This document shows positions 20,530 to 28,074 of a stretch of 64,000 bases of DNA, piece after piece. A program made the translations under genes and the position numbers. The notes below the pieces were generated by a model, which was not told the DNA's origin, ran no database searches, and saw only the letters and a program-made list of their open reading frames with translations. Source of the DNA: an uncultured Chloroflexia bacterium. Its GTDB lineage: Bacteria > Chloroflexota > Limnocylindria > Limnocylindrales > CSP1-4. How positions within the stretch are numbered: the stretch's first letter is position 1; each line of letters starts with the position of its first letter. Where the stretch lies: positions 175,114 through 239,113 of the forward strand of contig CAWJUA010000025.1 of the NCBI GenBank assembly GCA_963845925.1, written 5' to 3'.

Positions 20530-21357
20530 TTAGAGGCCCAGCTCCGCGAGGCGCGTGATCAGGGGCGCGGCGTCGTGGTTCTCGCGCCGGCCGAGGCGGA
20601 TCTCGTCGCGGATCCGGCCGTCGGAGATCACGAGCACCCGGTCGGCGTAGGCCGCGGCCTTCGAGTCGTGGGTCACGAGGACGACGGTCTGGTGGCGCTC
20701 GACGCACGACCGCCAGAGGGCGTCGAGGATCTCGGTCCCGGTCGTGTAGTCGAGGTTGCCGGTGGGCTCGTCGGCGAACAGCAGGGCCGGCCGGGTGACG
20801 AGGGCCCGGGCAATCGCGACGCGCTGCTGCTCGCCCGCCGACAGCTCGTCGGGCCGGTGGTGCTCCTTGCCGGTGAGGTCGACGAGGGCGATGACCTCGC
20901 GGATCCGCTCCTGGAGGTCGCCGCCCGCGTCGAGGCCGGCGATCGTGAACGGCAGGGCGACGTTCTCGGTGACGTCGAGCAGCGGAATCAGGTTGAAGGA
21001 CTGGAAGACGAAGCCGGTCCGGTTGCGACGGAGCGTCGTGGCCGCGTCGTCCGACAGGCGGCTGATCGTCGAGCCCTCGAGCATGACCTCGCCGGCCGTC
21101 GGCCGGTCGAGACCGCCGAGCAGCTGGAGGAGCGTCGACTTGCCCGAGCCCGACGGGCCCATGAGCGCGACGAACTCGCCCTCGCCGACGCTGAGCGAGA
21201 CGCCGCGCAGCGCGTCGACGGTCGTCGCCCCGAGGCGGTAGCGCTTCGTGAGGTCGCGGGCCTCGAGGATCGCGGCGGTCGTCGTCATCGCCGCGTCCGG
21301 CGCGGCGGTGCGGGCGAAGGGCGTCGGTTGAGCCGTGGATGCGTGTGCCGTTGCCAC
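20530..21357 (-). CDS. ABC exporter ATP-binding protein (MacB/LolD type)
   Basis: It has Walker A GPSGSGKST, signature LSAGEQQRVAIARAL and Walker B LLFADEPTGNLD. GTG 21357 has GAGGAG 6 nt upstream; the alternative start is ATG 21288. The TAA stop lies 3 nt before the permease ATG. Confidence 0.85.
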   Translation of the reverse strand: MATAHASTAQPTPFARTAAPDAAMTTTAAILEARDLTKRYRLGATTVDALRGVSLSVGEGEFVALMGPSGSGKSTLLQLLGGLDRPTAGEVMLEGSTISRLSDDAATTLRRNRTGFVFQSFNLIPLLDVTENVALPFTIAGLDAGGDLQERIREVIALVDLTGKEHHRPDELSAGEQQRVAIARALVTRPALLFADEPTGNLDYTTGTEILDALWRSCVERHQTVVLVTHDSKAAAYADRVLVISDGRIRDEIRLGRRENHDAAPLITRLAELGL

Positions 21358-21455
21358 GGAATCTCCTCTGCTGGTCGTGATGCGAGTCGCGGGAATGTCG
21401 GGGACGGGGGCGGGTCGTGGGCGCATCGCCGCCGGGAAGTGGAGGGTCTGGCCGA

Positions 21456-22370
21456 TCAGCCGCCCAGGTAGAAGCCGGTGACGCCGCCGACGATCGTCTC
21501 GATGAGCCCGGCCGGGACGGGGTCGACGACGCGGAGCGACGAGTTGCCGCTGGTCGCGACGCCGGCCGGTGGCGAGCCGTCGCCCGGCGGCCCGGTCGAG
21601 CCGTCGTCCTGGTGCCGACCGCCCGGGCCGAACCCCAGTCCGATCGGGTCGGTCGGGATCGGCGGCATCGTCCGCACCGGCGTCGGCACGGGCGTCGGCC
21701 TGGGGGTCGGGCGCGGCGTCGCCTTCGGCTTCGCCGGCGCCTTCGGCTTTGGCTTGGGGGTTGCCTTCGAACCGCCGCCGCCCGACGAGCCACTCGACTT
21801 CGTCGAGCCGCACTTGTCGGCGAAGATCACCGTCCACATCTTCTTGCCGGTCGGGCCCTTGTATGCCCCGACGCCGATGACGTCCCAGCGCTTGTTGAGG
21901 ATGTTCGAGCGGTGGCCTGGCGACTGCATGAACGAGTTGTGGACGACGCCGGTCGCGATGTCGTCGGGGTAGTTGTTCCAGCCGATGTTCTCGCCGGCGA
22001 TCGCGTAGCAGTAGTGCTTCTGGTCGAGGACGTGGAAGACGTTGTAGCCGCCCGGCGGGATGTTGTGGCTGAAGTAGTTGCGGGTGATCATGTCCTTGCT
22101 CCGCCAGCGGGCGATCGACGTGAGCGTCGAGTCGACCTTCAGCGCCCGGAGCCCGGCCGCCGCCCGCGACCGGTTCGTGAGGCTGACGAGCTGCCTCTCC
22201 GAGGTGGAGCTGAACGAGCCCGAGCTCCACGCATCGGCGGGTCGTGGCGCGGCCAGCAGCCCAACCGACGAGACGGCGAACGCGACGGCGAGGAGCCCGG
22301 CGACCCGGCGCGAGCCGCGCGTCACGGGACGCGCCGGCGACAACTGGGTCAGGGCGGGGGCGAGAGTCAT
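21456..22370 (-). CDS. Secreted CAP/SCP (YkwD-like) domain protein with Pro-rich linker and C-terminal tail
   Basis: ORF 21456..22370 has a signal peptide. The CAP blocks are NRSRAAAGLRALKVDSTLTSIARWRSKDMITRNYFSH..AGENIGWNNYP..FMQSPGHRSNILNKRWDVIGVGAY. A KPKPKAPAKPKATPRPTPRPTPVPTP linker follows. Confidence 0.75.
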   Translation of the reverse strand: MTLAPALTQLSPARPVTRGSRRVAGLLAVAFAVSSVGLLAAPRPADAWSSGSFSSTSERQLVSLTNRSRAAAGLRALKVDSTLTSIARWRSKDMITRNYFSHNIPPGGYNVFHVLDQKHYCYAIAGENIGWNNYPDDIATGVVHNSFMQSPGHRSNILNKRWDVIGVGAYKGPTGKKMWTVIFADKCGSTKSSGSSGGGGSKATPKPKPKAPAKPKATPRPTPRPTPVPTPVRTMPPIPTDPIGLGFGPGGRHQDDGSTGPPGDGSPPAGVATSGNSSLRVVDPVPAGLIETIVGGVTGFYLGG

Positions 22371-22664
22371 CCGACTCGGCTCGACCTCGTGCGGGCCACC
22401 GGCTGGGGGAGTCCGGTGCTGTCCCGGACGCTAGGCGGCAGTCCGGTGGAGGTCCGCGGCGCGATGGTCCCGGGGCCCTGGGGCAGGGGTACCAAGTTCC
22501 GACCCGCAGCCCACCGGACCGCACCACACGGGTGACGGACCGCACCGCCGGACGTTGCCCGCTCCTACTCTTGGCAGCCTCGACCGGTACGAACGTCGAT
22601 CCCGCGGGCGGCGAGCCGCGTCGTATCGTCGGCTCCCCGGCTCCCTGATCAGCCATGAGGGTCC

Positions 22665-24050
22665 ATGACGCACCTCGCCCTCCACGCGACCGGCATCGTC
22701 CCGAAGCGGCGGCTCATCCCCAGGCAACCACCGGATCGTCTCCTCGCGGAGATCGAGACGTGGATCCGCGCCGAGTATCCCGACGCGGTCCGCACGACCG
22801 AGACGCGGACGGCGGACGGCGGCGTCCGCGAGCTCGCGCTGGGTTTCCATCCGGCGGCAACCGACGTCGTGATCGCCGCCGGTGACGACGGCGCGTTCAC
22901 GATTCGCGCCGCGTTCGCCCCGGTCGGGCCCGGCTACCAGACGTTCGTCGGGCGGCTCGCCCAGCGGATCGGGACCGAGCACGGGATCGTCTGGACGACC
23001 GACGCCGAGGCCGATCCAGCAGGCGGCGCGGCCGGTGCTGGCGACGCGGACGGCGACACGGTCAGCGAGACGGCCCCCGTGGCGGCCGGCCCGGACCCGT
23101 TCCGCGACCCGTCACGCGCGGCCGAGCGCCCAGTCGCGGAGCACGGCTACCTGGCGTGGCTCGGCAGCGGGCTCATCGCGGCCCGTGAGATCCGCCGGCG
23201 GGGCGCCTCGACGGTCCATCTCGGGACGCCGGCCGGTGTCGAGTACACGGTCGACGCGGCGCTCGCGACGTCGCTGGGGCCGCGCGACGACGCCTGGCTC
23301 GAGGCCGCAGTTGGCGATTCACGGCTTGCGGTCGACGTGACGCCGTGGTGGGCCGACGCGATCGACGCGCGGAACCTCTTGAACCGGGCGCTCTGCCTGA
23401 TGTGGACCGAAGTCCGCTGGCGGGCACCCGCGTCGGACACCGAGCGGCGCGTGAACGACGAGGTGCTGCGGCTGCTCGGCCGGGCATTCCCGCTCGACCC
23501 CTCGCTCGCTTACCCGTGGCGGGACTGGCTCGAGCTGGCCCGCCTCCGCGGCTCGGACGACGCGATGACCCGCCAGGTCGAATTGAAGGCCGAGCGCGCC
23601 GCCAGCGCCGCGATCGGCTACCGGCGCCACCCCGTCACGATCCTCCACGAGGGCTGGGAGCTCGAGGTCCCGGGCTCGTTCTCGGAGGAGCGGACCGCCG
23701 ACGAGTGGGCTGGCGGCGAGTCCGGCCGGACGATCACGATCGCCGCGACCGAGACTGGCACGGCCACCGGGCCAATGTCGCCCCAGGCGTTCCTCTCCCA
23801 GGTCGCGACGGGCCTGGGACCCGAGGCGCTGGCCCACGAGGACGGCGAGCTCCTGGGCCGGGCGCGGCTGACGAGCGACGCCTCGTCCGGCGTCGAGGTC
23901 GGGCTGCTCGAGGGCTACTCCGCGGTGCGCGGCCGCGGCGCGGCGATCCGGATCACGTTCGACGACTCGGCCGACTGGCGCTGGGCGCTCGACACGTGGC
24001 GGGCGCTCGCGCCGATCCGCACCGGGACGCCGCTCGCCCGCGCGTCCTAA
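22665..24050 (+). CDS. Hypothetical protein, 461 aa, no domain recognised
   Basis: ORF 22665..24050 has protein-like, non-shadow composition (W, Y, E, D and hydrophobic patterning, e.g. HPVTILHEGWELEVPGSFSEERTADEWAGGESGRTITIAA..AAIRITFDDSADWRWALDTWRAL). It ends in a 4-nt convergent overlap with the ThrC-like gene. Confidence 0.55.
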   Translation: MTHLALHATGIVPKRRLIPRQPPDRLLAEIETWIRAEYPDAVRTTETRTADGGVRELALGFHPAATDVVIAAGDDGAFTIRAAFAPVGPGYQTFVGRLAQRIGTEHGIVWTTDAEADPAGGAAGAGDADGDTVSETAPVAAGPDPFRDPSRAAERPVAEHGYLAWLGSGLIAAREIRRRGASTVHLGTPAGVEYTVDAALATSLGPRDDAWLEAAVGDSRLAVDVTPWWADAIDARNLLNRALCLMWTEVRWRAPASDTERRVNDEVLRLLGRAFPLDPSLAYPWRDWLELARLRGSDDAMTRQVELKAERAASAAIGYRRHPVTILHEGWELEVPGSFSEERTADEWAGGESGRTITIAATETGTATGPMSPQAFLSQVATGLGPEALAHEDGELLGRARLTSDASSGVEVGLLEGYSAVRGRGAAIRITFDDSADWRWALDTWRALAPIRTGTPLARAS

Positions 24051-25360
24051 CCGCCTGCGGTGGCCCCGTACCGGCCGGCGAACGCCGAGTAGGTCGGGGG
24101 GATCGGCGGGGCGAGCTCGGCGTCGGTCTCATCTAGCCCGTACCGGCGCGCGTCCGGGGTCTTGAGGCCGTTGCCGGTCAGGAGCGCGACGACCTCGTCG
24201 CCTTCGCGGATGATCCCCTTCGCTCGCGCCTGGGCCGCGGCCGCGACCGTCACGCCGCCGGCGGTCTCGACGAAGATGCCCTCCGTCGTCGCCACGTGCC
24301 GGATCGTCGTCGCCGTGGTCGCGTCCTCGACCGCCTCGATCGAGCCGCCCGTCCGCGTCGCGAGCTCAATCGCGTAGGCCCCGTCGGCCGGCGAGCCGAT
24401 CGCGAGCGAGCGGACGATCGTGTCGGGCCGGCGGACCGGGACGATCTCGCCGCCCGTTGCGAACGCCGTCGCCACCGGCGAGCAGCCGGCCGGCTGACCG
24501 CCGACGAAGCGAACCTCCTTGCGCTCGATCAGTCCGATCTCCGCCAGCTCGTCGAAGCCCTTCGCGACCTTCGTGAAGAGCGACCCCGACGCGATCGGCC
24601 CGACGAGGACGTCGGGCAGCCGCCAGCCCAGCTGCTCGGCGATCTCGAACGCGAGCGTCTTGCTGCCCTCGGCGTAGAACGGCCGGAGGTTGACGTTGAC
24701 GAAGGCCCAGCCCTCCTCGTCGGCGATCTCGAGGCCGAGCCGGTTGATGTCGTCGTACGTGCCGTCGACGCGGACGACCGTCGCGCCGTAGCTCAGGGCG
24801 TGGTCGATCTTCGCGGGCTCGAGGTCCGAGGGGACGAAGACGAAGGCGCGCAGCCCGGCCGCGGCGGCCGCGGCCGCGGTCGCGCCGGCGAGGTTGCCGG
24901 TCGAGGCGCAGGCGATCGTGTCGAAGCCGAACTCGACCGCTCGGGCGACGGCCACCGCCACGACCCGGTCCTTGAAGCTGAGCGTCGGGTTGCGAGTGTC
25001 GTCCTTCAGGTGCAGCTTCGCGATCCCGAGGTCGGCCGCCAGGCGTCCCGCGTCGACGAGCGCCGTCGAGCCCACGGCGAGCCCTCGCGCCGGCGCCGCG
25101 TCGACGGGCAGCAGCTCGAGATACCGCCAGATCCCCGGCGCGCGGGCCGCGATCGTCTCGCGCGTCAGCCGCTCGCGGGCGACGTCGTAGTCGTAGACGA
25201 CCTCGAGCGGCCCGAAACACGTGGTGCACACGAAGTTGGGCCCGATCGCCTCGGGCCGGCCGCAGGCCCGACAGCGGAGCCCGGCGATGTGCGAGGCCGC
25301 GCCGGGCGGCGCGGCGGCTTCGGCGGCGGTCGGGCTGTGCGTGAGGATCGCGGTCGTCAT
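24047..25360 (-). CDS. Threonine-synthase-family PLP enzyme with N-terminal zinc ribbon
   Basis: ORF 24047..25405, with the start at ATG 25360 (MTTAILTH) and AGGAG 8 nt upstream. It contains CRACG..CTTCFGPLEV, the PLP lysine context NPTLSFKDRVVAVAV, then ASTGNLAGATAAAAA and LLTGNGLKT. It sits directly behind a SAM-I riboswitch. Confidence 0.85.
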   Translation of the reverse strand: MTTAILTHSPTAAEAAAPPGAASHIAGLRCRACGRPEAIGPNFVCTTCFGPLEVVYDYDVARERLTRETIAARAPGIWRYLELLPVDAAPARGLAVGSTALVDAGRLAADLGIAKLHLKDDTRNPTLSFKDRVVAVAVARAVEFGFDTIACASTGNLAGATAAAAAAAGLRAFVFVPSDLEPAKIDHALSYGATVVRVDGTYDDINRLGLEIADEEGWAFVNVNLRPFYAEGSKTLAFEIAEQLGWRLPDVLVGPIASGSLFTKVAKGFDELAEIGLIERKEVRFVGGQPAGCSPVATAFATGGEIVPVRRPDTIVRSLAIGSPADGAYAIELATRTGGSIEAVEDATTATTIRHVATTEGIFVETAGGVTVAAAAQARAKGIIREGDEVVALLTGNGLKTPDARRYGLDETDAELAPPIPPTYSAFAGRYGATAGG

Positions 25361-25396
25361 CGGGTCACTCCTGCTGGGGGAGTCGACCGACCGCCG

Positions 25397-25431
25397 AAAA
25401 ACCAAGAGACCCTTCCTGGGAGGAAGGGTCT
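25397..25431 (-). terminator. Intrinsic terminator of the SAM-I expression platform
   Basis: The reverse strand reads AGACCCTTCC-uccca-GGAAGGGTCT followed by CTTGGTTTTT. That is a 10-bp stem at 25407-25416 and 25422-25431, with the U-tract encoded by 25397-25406. It is one of very few T5/A5 runs I noticed in the window. Confidence 0.8.
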
Positions 25432-25435
25432 GGAT

Positions 25436-25546
25436 CCCTTATCTCGCAGGTGGACCTGCCCGGATTTGGCACCTTGCCGGCGTCGCCGCCGGTAGGTTGT
25501 CGGGCTTCACAGGGCCGGTCCCTCCACCACTCTTGATAAGAGTCTT
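25436..25546 (-). promoter_or_regulatory. SAM-I (S-box) riboswitch aptamer
   Basis: The reverse strand reads CTCTTATCAAGAGTGGTGGAGGGACCGGCCCTGTGAAGCCCGACAACCTACCGGCGGCGACGCCGGCAAGGTGCCAAATCCGGGCAGGTCCACCTGCGAGATAAGGG. This matches the conserved S-box core: the P1 pair CTTATC/GATAAG, then AGAG-GGNGGAGGGA-GGCCC-GAA-CC-GCAACC, then GGTGCCAAATCC. Confidence 0.9.
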
Positions 25547-25679
25547 CAGTTGTCCGCGGAGCGTAACGGGTCGCGGCGCATCGCGTCAACGACCCCGGGG
25601 CGGGTATGGATCCAGGTGGGCATCGGTCGGCGGCGGAAAGCGAATCGGGTAGACTGCGCGGGCCCTGTGCGGCACCCAC

Positions 25680-25756
25680 GGTGGCCTTAGCTCAATCGGC
25701 AGAGCAGCGGAATGTGGATCCGCAGGTTAGGGGTTCGAGACCCCTAGGCCACCCCA
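25680..25756 (+). tRNA. tRNA-His: tRNA-His (anticodon GTG) with encoded G-1 and CCA
   Basis: I folded the cloverleaf by hand:
- G-1, then acceptor GTGGCCT paired with AGGCCAC;
- D arm GCTC-AATCGGCA-GAGC;
- anticodon arm GCGGA-ATGTGGA-TCCGC;
- T arm AGGGG-TTCGAGA-CCCCT;
- discriminator C, then CCA. Confidence 0.95.
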
Positions 25757-25763
25757 ACTCCCC

Positions 25764-26033
25764 TCACCCGCCCTCCGGGTGGTCGCACGTGTCGTGGCGG
25801 ACCGCGTCGAGTGCCCGCGCCAGGCGCGTCGTCGACGGCTCCTCGTGGGCGCAGTGGGTGCACGACCACGTCGTCGCGGCGAGGGCCGGGTCGGCGTGCT
25901 GGACGCGGCCGCAGCGGAGCTCGATCTGGTCGTCGGGCGCCGCGATGATGCAGCCGTCGCGGAACCAGTCGATCGAGCCGCACTCGGGACAGCGGTACTG
26001 GGCGGGCGCCCGGATCGTCAGCACGCCGGACAT
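25764..26033 (-). CDS. Small zinc-ribbon protein (89 aa)
   Basis: Last 89 codons of shadow ORF 25764..27629, starting at ATG 26033: MSGVLTIRAPAQYRCPECGSIDWFRDGCIIAAPDDQIELRCGRVQHADPALAATTWSCTHCAHEEPSTTRLARALDAVRHDTCDHPEGG. It has two CxxC pairs. The gene is plausible but small. Confidence 0.45.
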   Translation of the reverse strand: MSGVLTIRAPAQYRCPECGSIDWFRDGCIIAAPDDQIELRCGRVQHADPALAATTWSCTHCAHEEPSTTRLARALDAVRHDTCDHPEGG

Positions 26034-26078
26034 TGTGCCGCGATGCCACGCGACGCGAGCCGCGACAATGACGGCCTG

Positions 26079-26909
26079 ATGCCGACGAACCCCGGCCGAC
26101 CGCGAACGACCTCCCGCCGCCCGGCCCGCCCGAGCGCCGCGCGGACCCGTGGCACCGCCGGCGACACGAGCTGGGACCAGGTCGCGACCTGGTACGACGG
26201 CTGGGTCGGCGACCAGGGCAGCCGCTACCACCAGGCGCTCGCGGTGCCCGCGGCGATGGAGCTCCTCGACCTGCAACGCGGCCAGGCCGTCCTCGAGATC
26301 GGCTCCGGCCAGGGGGTCCTCGCGCCACGCGTCGCCGCGGCCGGGGCGAGCTACACCGGCGTCGACTCGAGCCCCAAGCTCGTCGAGAGCGCCCGCCGCC
26401 GGCACGATCGATCGGGGACGTTCGTCGTCGGCGACGCGCGACGGCTGCCCGCGGCCGAGGGCCTCCGACCCGGATCGTTCGACGCCGCCGTCTTCCTGCT
26501 GAGCATCCAGGACATGGACCCGCTCGAGCAGGTCCTCGCGTCGGCGTCGTGGGCGGTCCGCCCCGAAGACGGCCGGATCGTGATCGTGATGACCCACCCG
26601 GCCTTCCGTCAGCCTCGCCACGCCGGCTGGGGCTTCGACGAGGGTCGCAAGCTCGTCTACCGCCGCGTCGACGCGTATCTCACGCCGATGGCCGTCCCGA
26701 TGAAGGCGCTGGGCGACCGGCCGGCGACGCGCTCGTTCCACCGGCCGGTCTCGGCCTACGTGAACGGCCTCGCAGCCGAGGGGTTCTTCATCGACGCGAT
26801 GCTCGAGATCCCCGACACGCTCGACGAGCGGCGGCCGGCGTCGGGCCGGGCCGGCAACCGGGCCGCGTCCGAGATCCCGCTGTTCCTCGCGCTGCGCGCG
26901 CGGCGCTAG
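26079..26909 (+). CDS. Class I SAM-dependent methyltransferase
   Basis: ORF 25779..26909, with the start at ATG 26079 (MPTNPGRPR). Motif I is VLEIGSGQGVLA and motif II is FDAAVFLLSIQDM. Confidence 0.8.
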   Translation: MPTNPGRPRTTSRRPARPSAARTRGTAGDTSWDQVATWYDGWVGDQGSRYHQALAVPAAMELLDLQRGQAVLEIGSGQGVLAPRVAAAGASYTGVDSSPKLVESARRRHDRSGTFVVGDARRLPAAEGLRPGSFDAAVFLLSIQDMDPLEQVLASASWAVRPEDGRIVIVMTHPAFRQPRHAGWGFDEGRKLVYRRVDAYLTPMAVPMKALGDRPATRSFHRPVSAYVNGLAAEGFFIDAMLEIPDTLDERRPASGRAGNRAASEIPLFLALRARR

Positions 26910-26918
26910 GGTGTCCTC

Positions 26919-27353
26919 GTGACGAACGACGAGCGGCGCGCCCCGGGCGGGCCGGGCGAGCAGTTCCGCGACCGGCTGGTCGGAGGCGTCGCGGATCGCA
27001 CCGACGACCAGAACCACCTCGTCGGCGCGGTCGTGGTCGTCGCCGTGATCCTGTTGCTCATCCCGCGCGACCCCACCGGCCCGGACCTCTGGCTCATCGT
27101 CGCCCTCGTCTGCGGCGGAGCCGTCATCGAGACCTACCGCATCCGGCGCAGCGGCATGACGCTCAAGGCGTCGGCGGTCGCGGCCGGCCGGCTGCTGGCC
27201 GGGCCGTTCCTGTTCATCGCCGGCGCGGCGATCTTCGTGACCGTCGCGCAGGCGCTGGCCGGTGCCGCGATCCCCCAGCCGATCGCGATGGTCGGGGCGC
27301 TGGGCGCGGGTCTTGCGGCGGGGTTCATCGCGTGGCGGATCGTCCGCGGGTAG
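26919..27353 (+). CDS. Small membrane protein, unknown function
   Basis: ORF 26919..27353 (GTG start) has three or four hydrophobic helices (VGAVVVVAVILLLI, LWLIVALVCGGAVI, LLAGPFLFIAGAAIFVTVAQAL, MVGALGAGLAAGFIAW). Confidence 0.5.
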   Translation: MTNDERRAPGGPGEQFRDRLVGGVADRTDDQNHLVGAVVVVAVILLLIPRDPTGPDLWLIVALVCGGAVIETYRIRRSGMTLKASAVAAGRLLAGPFLFIAGAAIFVTVAQALAGAAIPQPIAMVGALGAGLAAGFIAWRIVRG

Positions 27354-27383
27354 CGTCCGCGTTCGACCGGGTACCGTTGGTCG

Positions 27384-28071
27384 ATGCCCGACGATCTCCA
27401 TTCCCTCCCCCGCCCCGCGGCGGTCCTCTTCGACCTCGACGGGACGCTCGTCGACACCGTTCGCACCAGGATCGACGCCTGGACCGAGGCGCTCGACGCC
27501 GCCGGCTACCCCACGACGCGCGACCAGCTCGCGCCGATGATCGGCCTCGACGGCCGACGCCTCGCCGAAGGAGGTCGCGACGCTCGCCGGCCGGCCGATC
27601 GACGAGGCCCGCTCCGAGGAGATCGACAAGGCCTCCGGCGAGATCTACGAGCGGCTCAACCGGCCGCGGCCGCTCCCCGGGGTCGCGGCCGTCGTGGCCG
27701 CGATCGAGACCGCAGGCATCAAGTGGGCGATCGCGACGTCGAGCCGCAAGGACCAGGTCAAGACCTCGGTCGACGCGCTGGGCCTTTCCGGTGAGCCCGA
27801 GATCATCGACGCCAGCCACGTCGAGCACGCCAAGCCCGAGCCGGACCTCCTGCTCTACGCGGCGAAGGAGCTCGACGTCGATCCCGGCCGGTGCTGGTAC
27901 GTCGGCAATTCGACCTGGGACATGGTCTCCGCGGTCGCGGCGGGGATGGTCGCGATCGGCGTCACGGCCGGCTCCGCGGTCGGCGGGGAGGCGCTCCGGT
28001 CGGCGGGCGCGGCGGTCGTCGTCGCCACGCTCCAGGACATCGCGGAGGCGATCAGCCAGCCTGCGAGCTGA
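27384..28071 (+). pseudogene. HAD-superfamily hydrolase (phosphatase / beta-PGM-like), one frameshift
   Basis: Motif I AVLFDLDGTLVDT is in ORF 27384..27794. The remainder (KWAIATSSRKDQV..HAKPEPDLLLYAAKEL..CWYVGNSTWDMVSAVAAGM) is in ORF 27694..28071. The junction lies near 27570 (RRLA followed by EVATLAGRPIDEARSEE). Confidence 0.75.
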
Positions 28072-28074
28072 GCG

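Noticed and set aside
25764-27629. 621-aa reverse-strand ORF across the methyltransferase, membrane-protein and HAD region
   Set aside because: It is shadow sequence antisense to three forward genes with clear motifs. Only its last 89 codons (the zinc-ribbon ORF) look protein-like.
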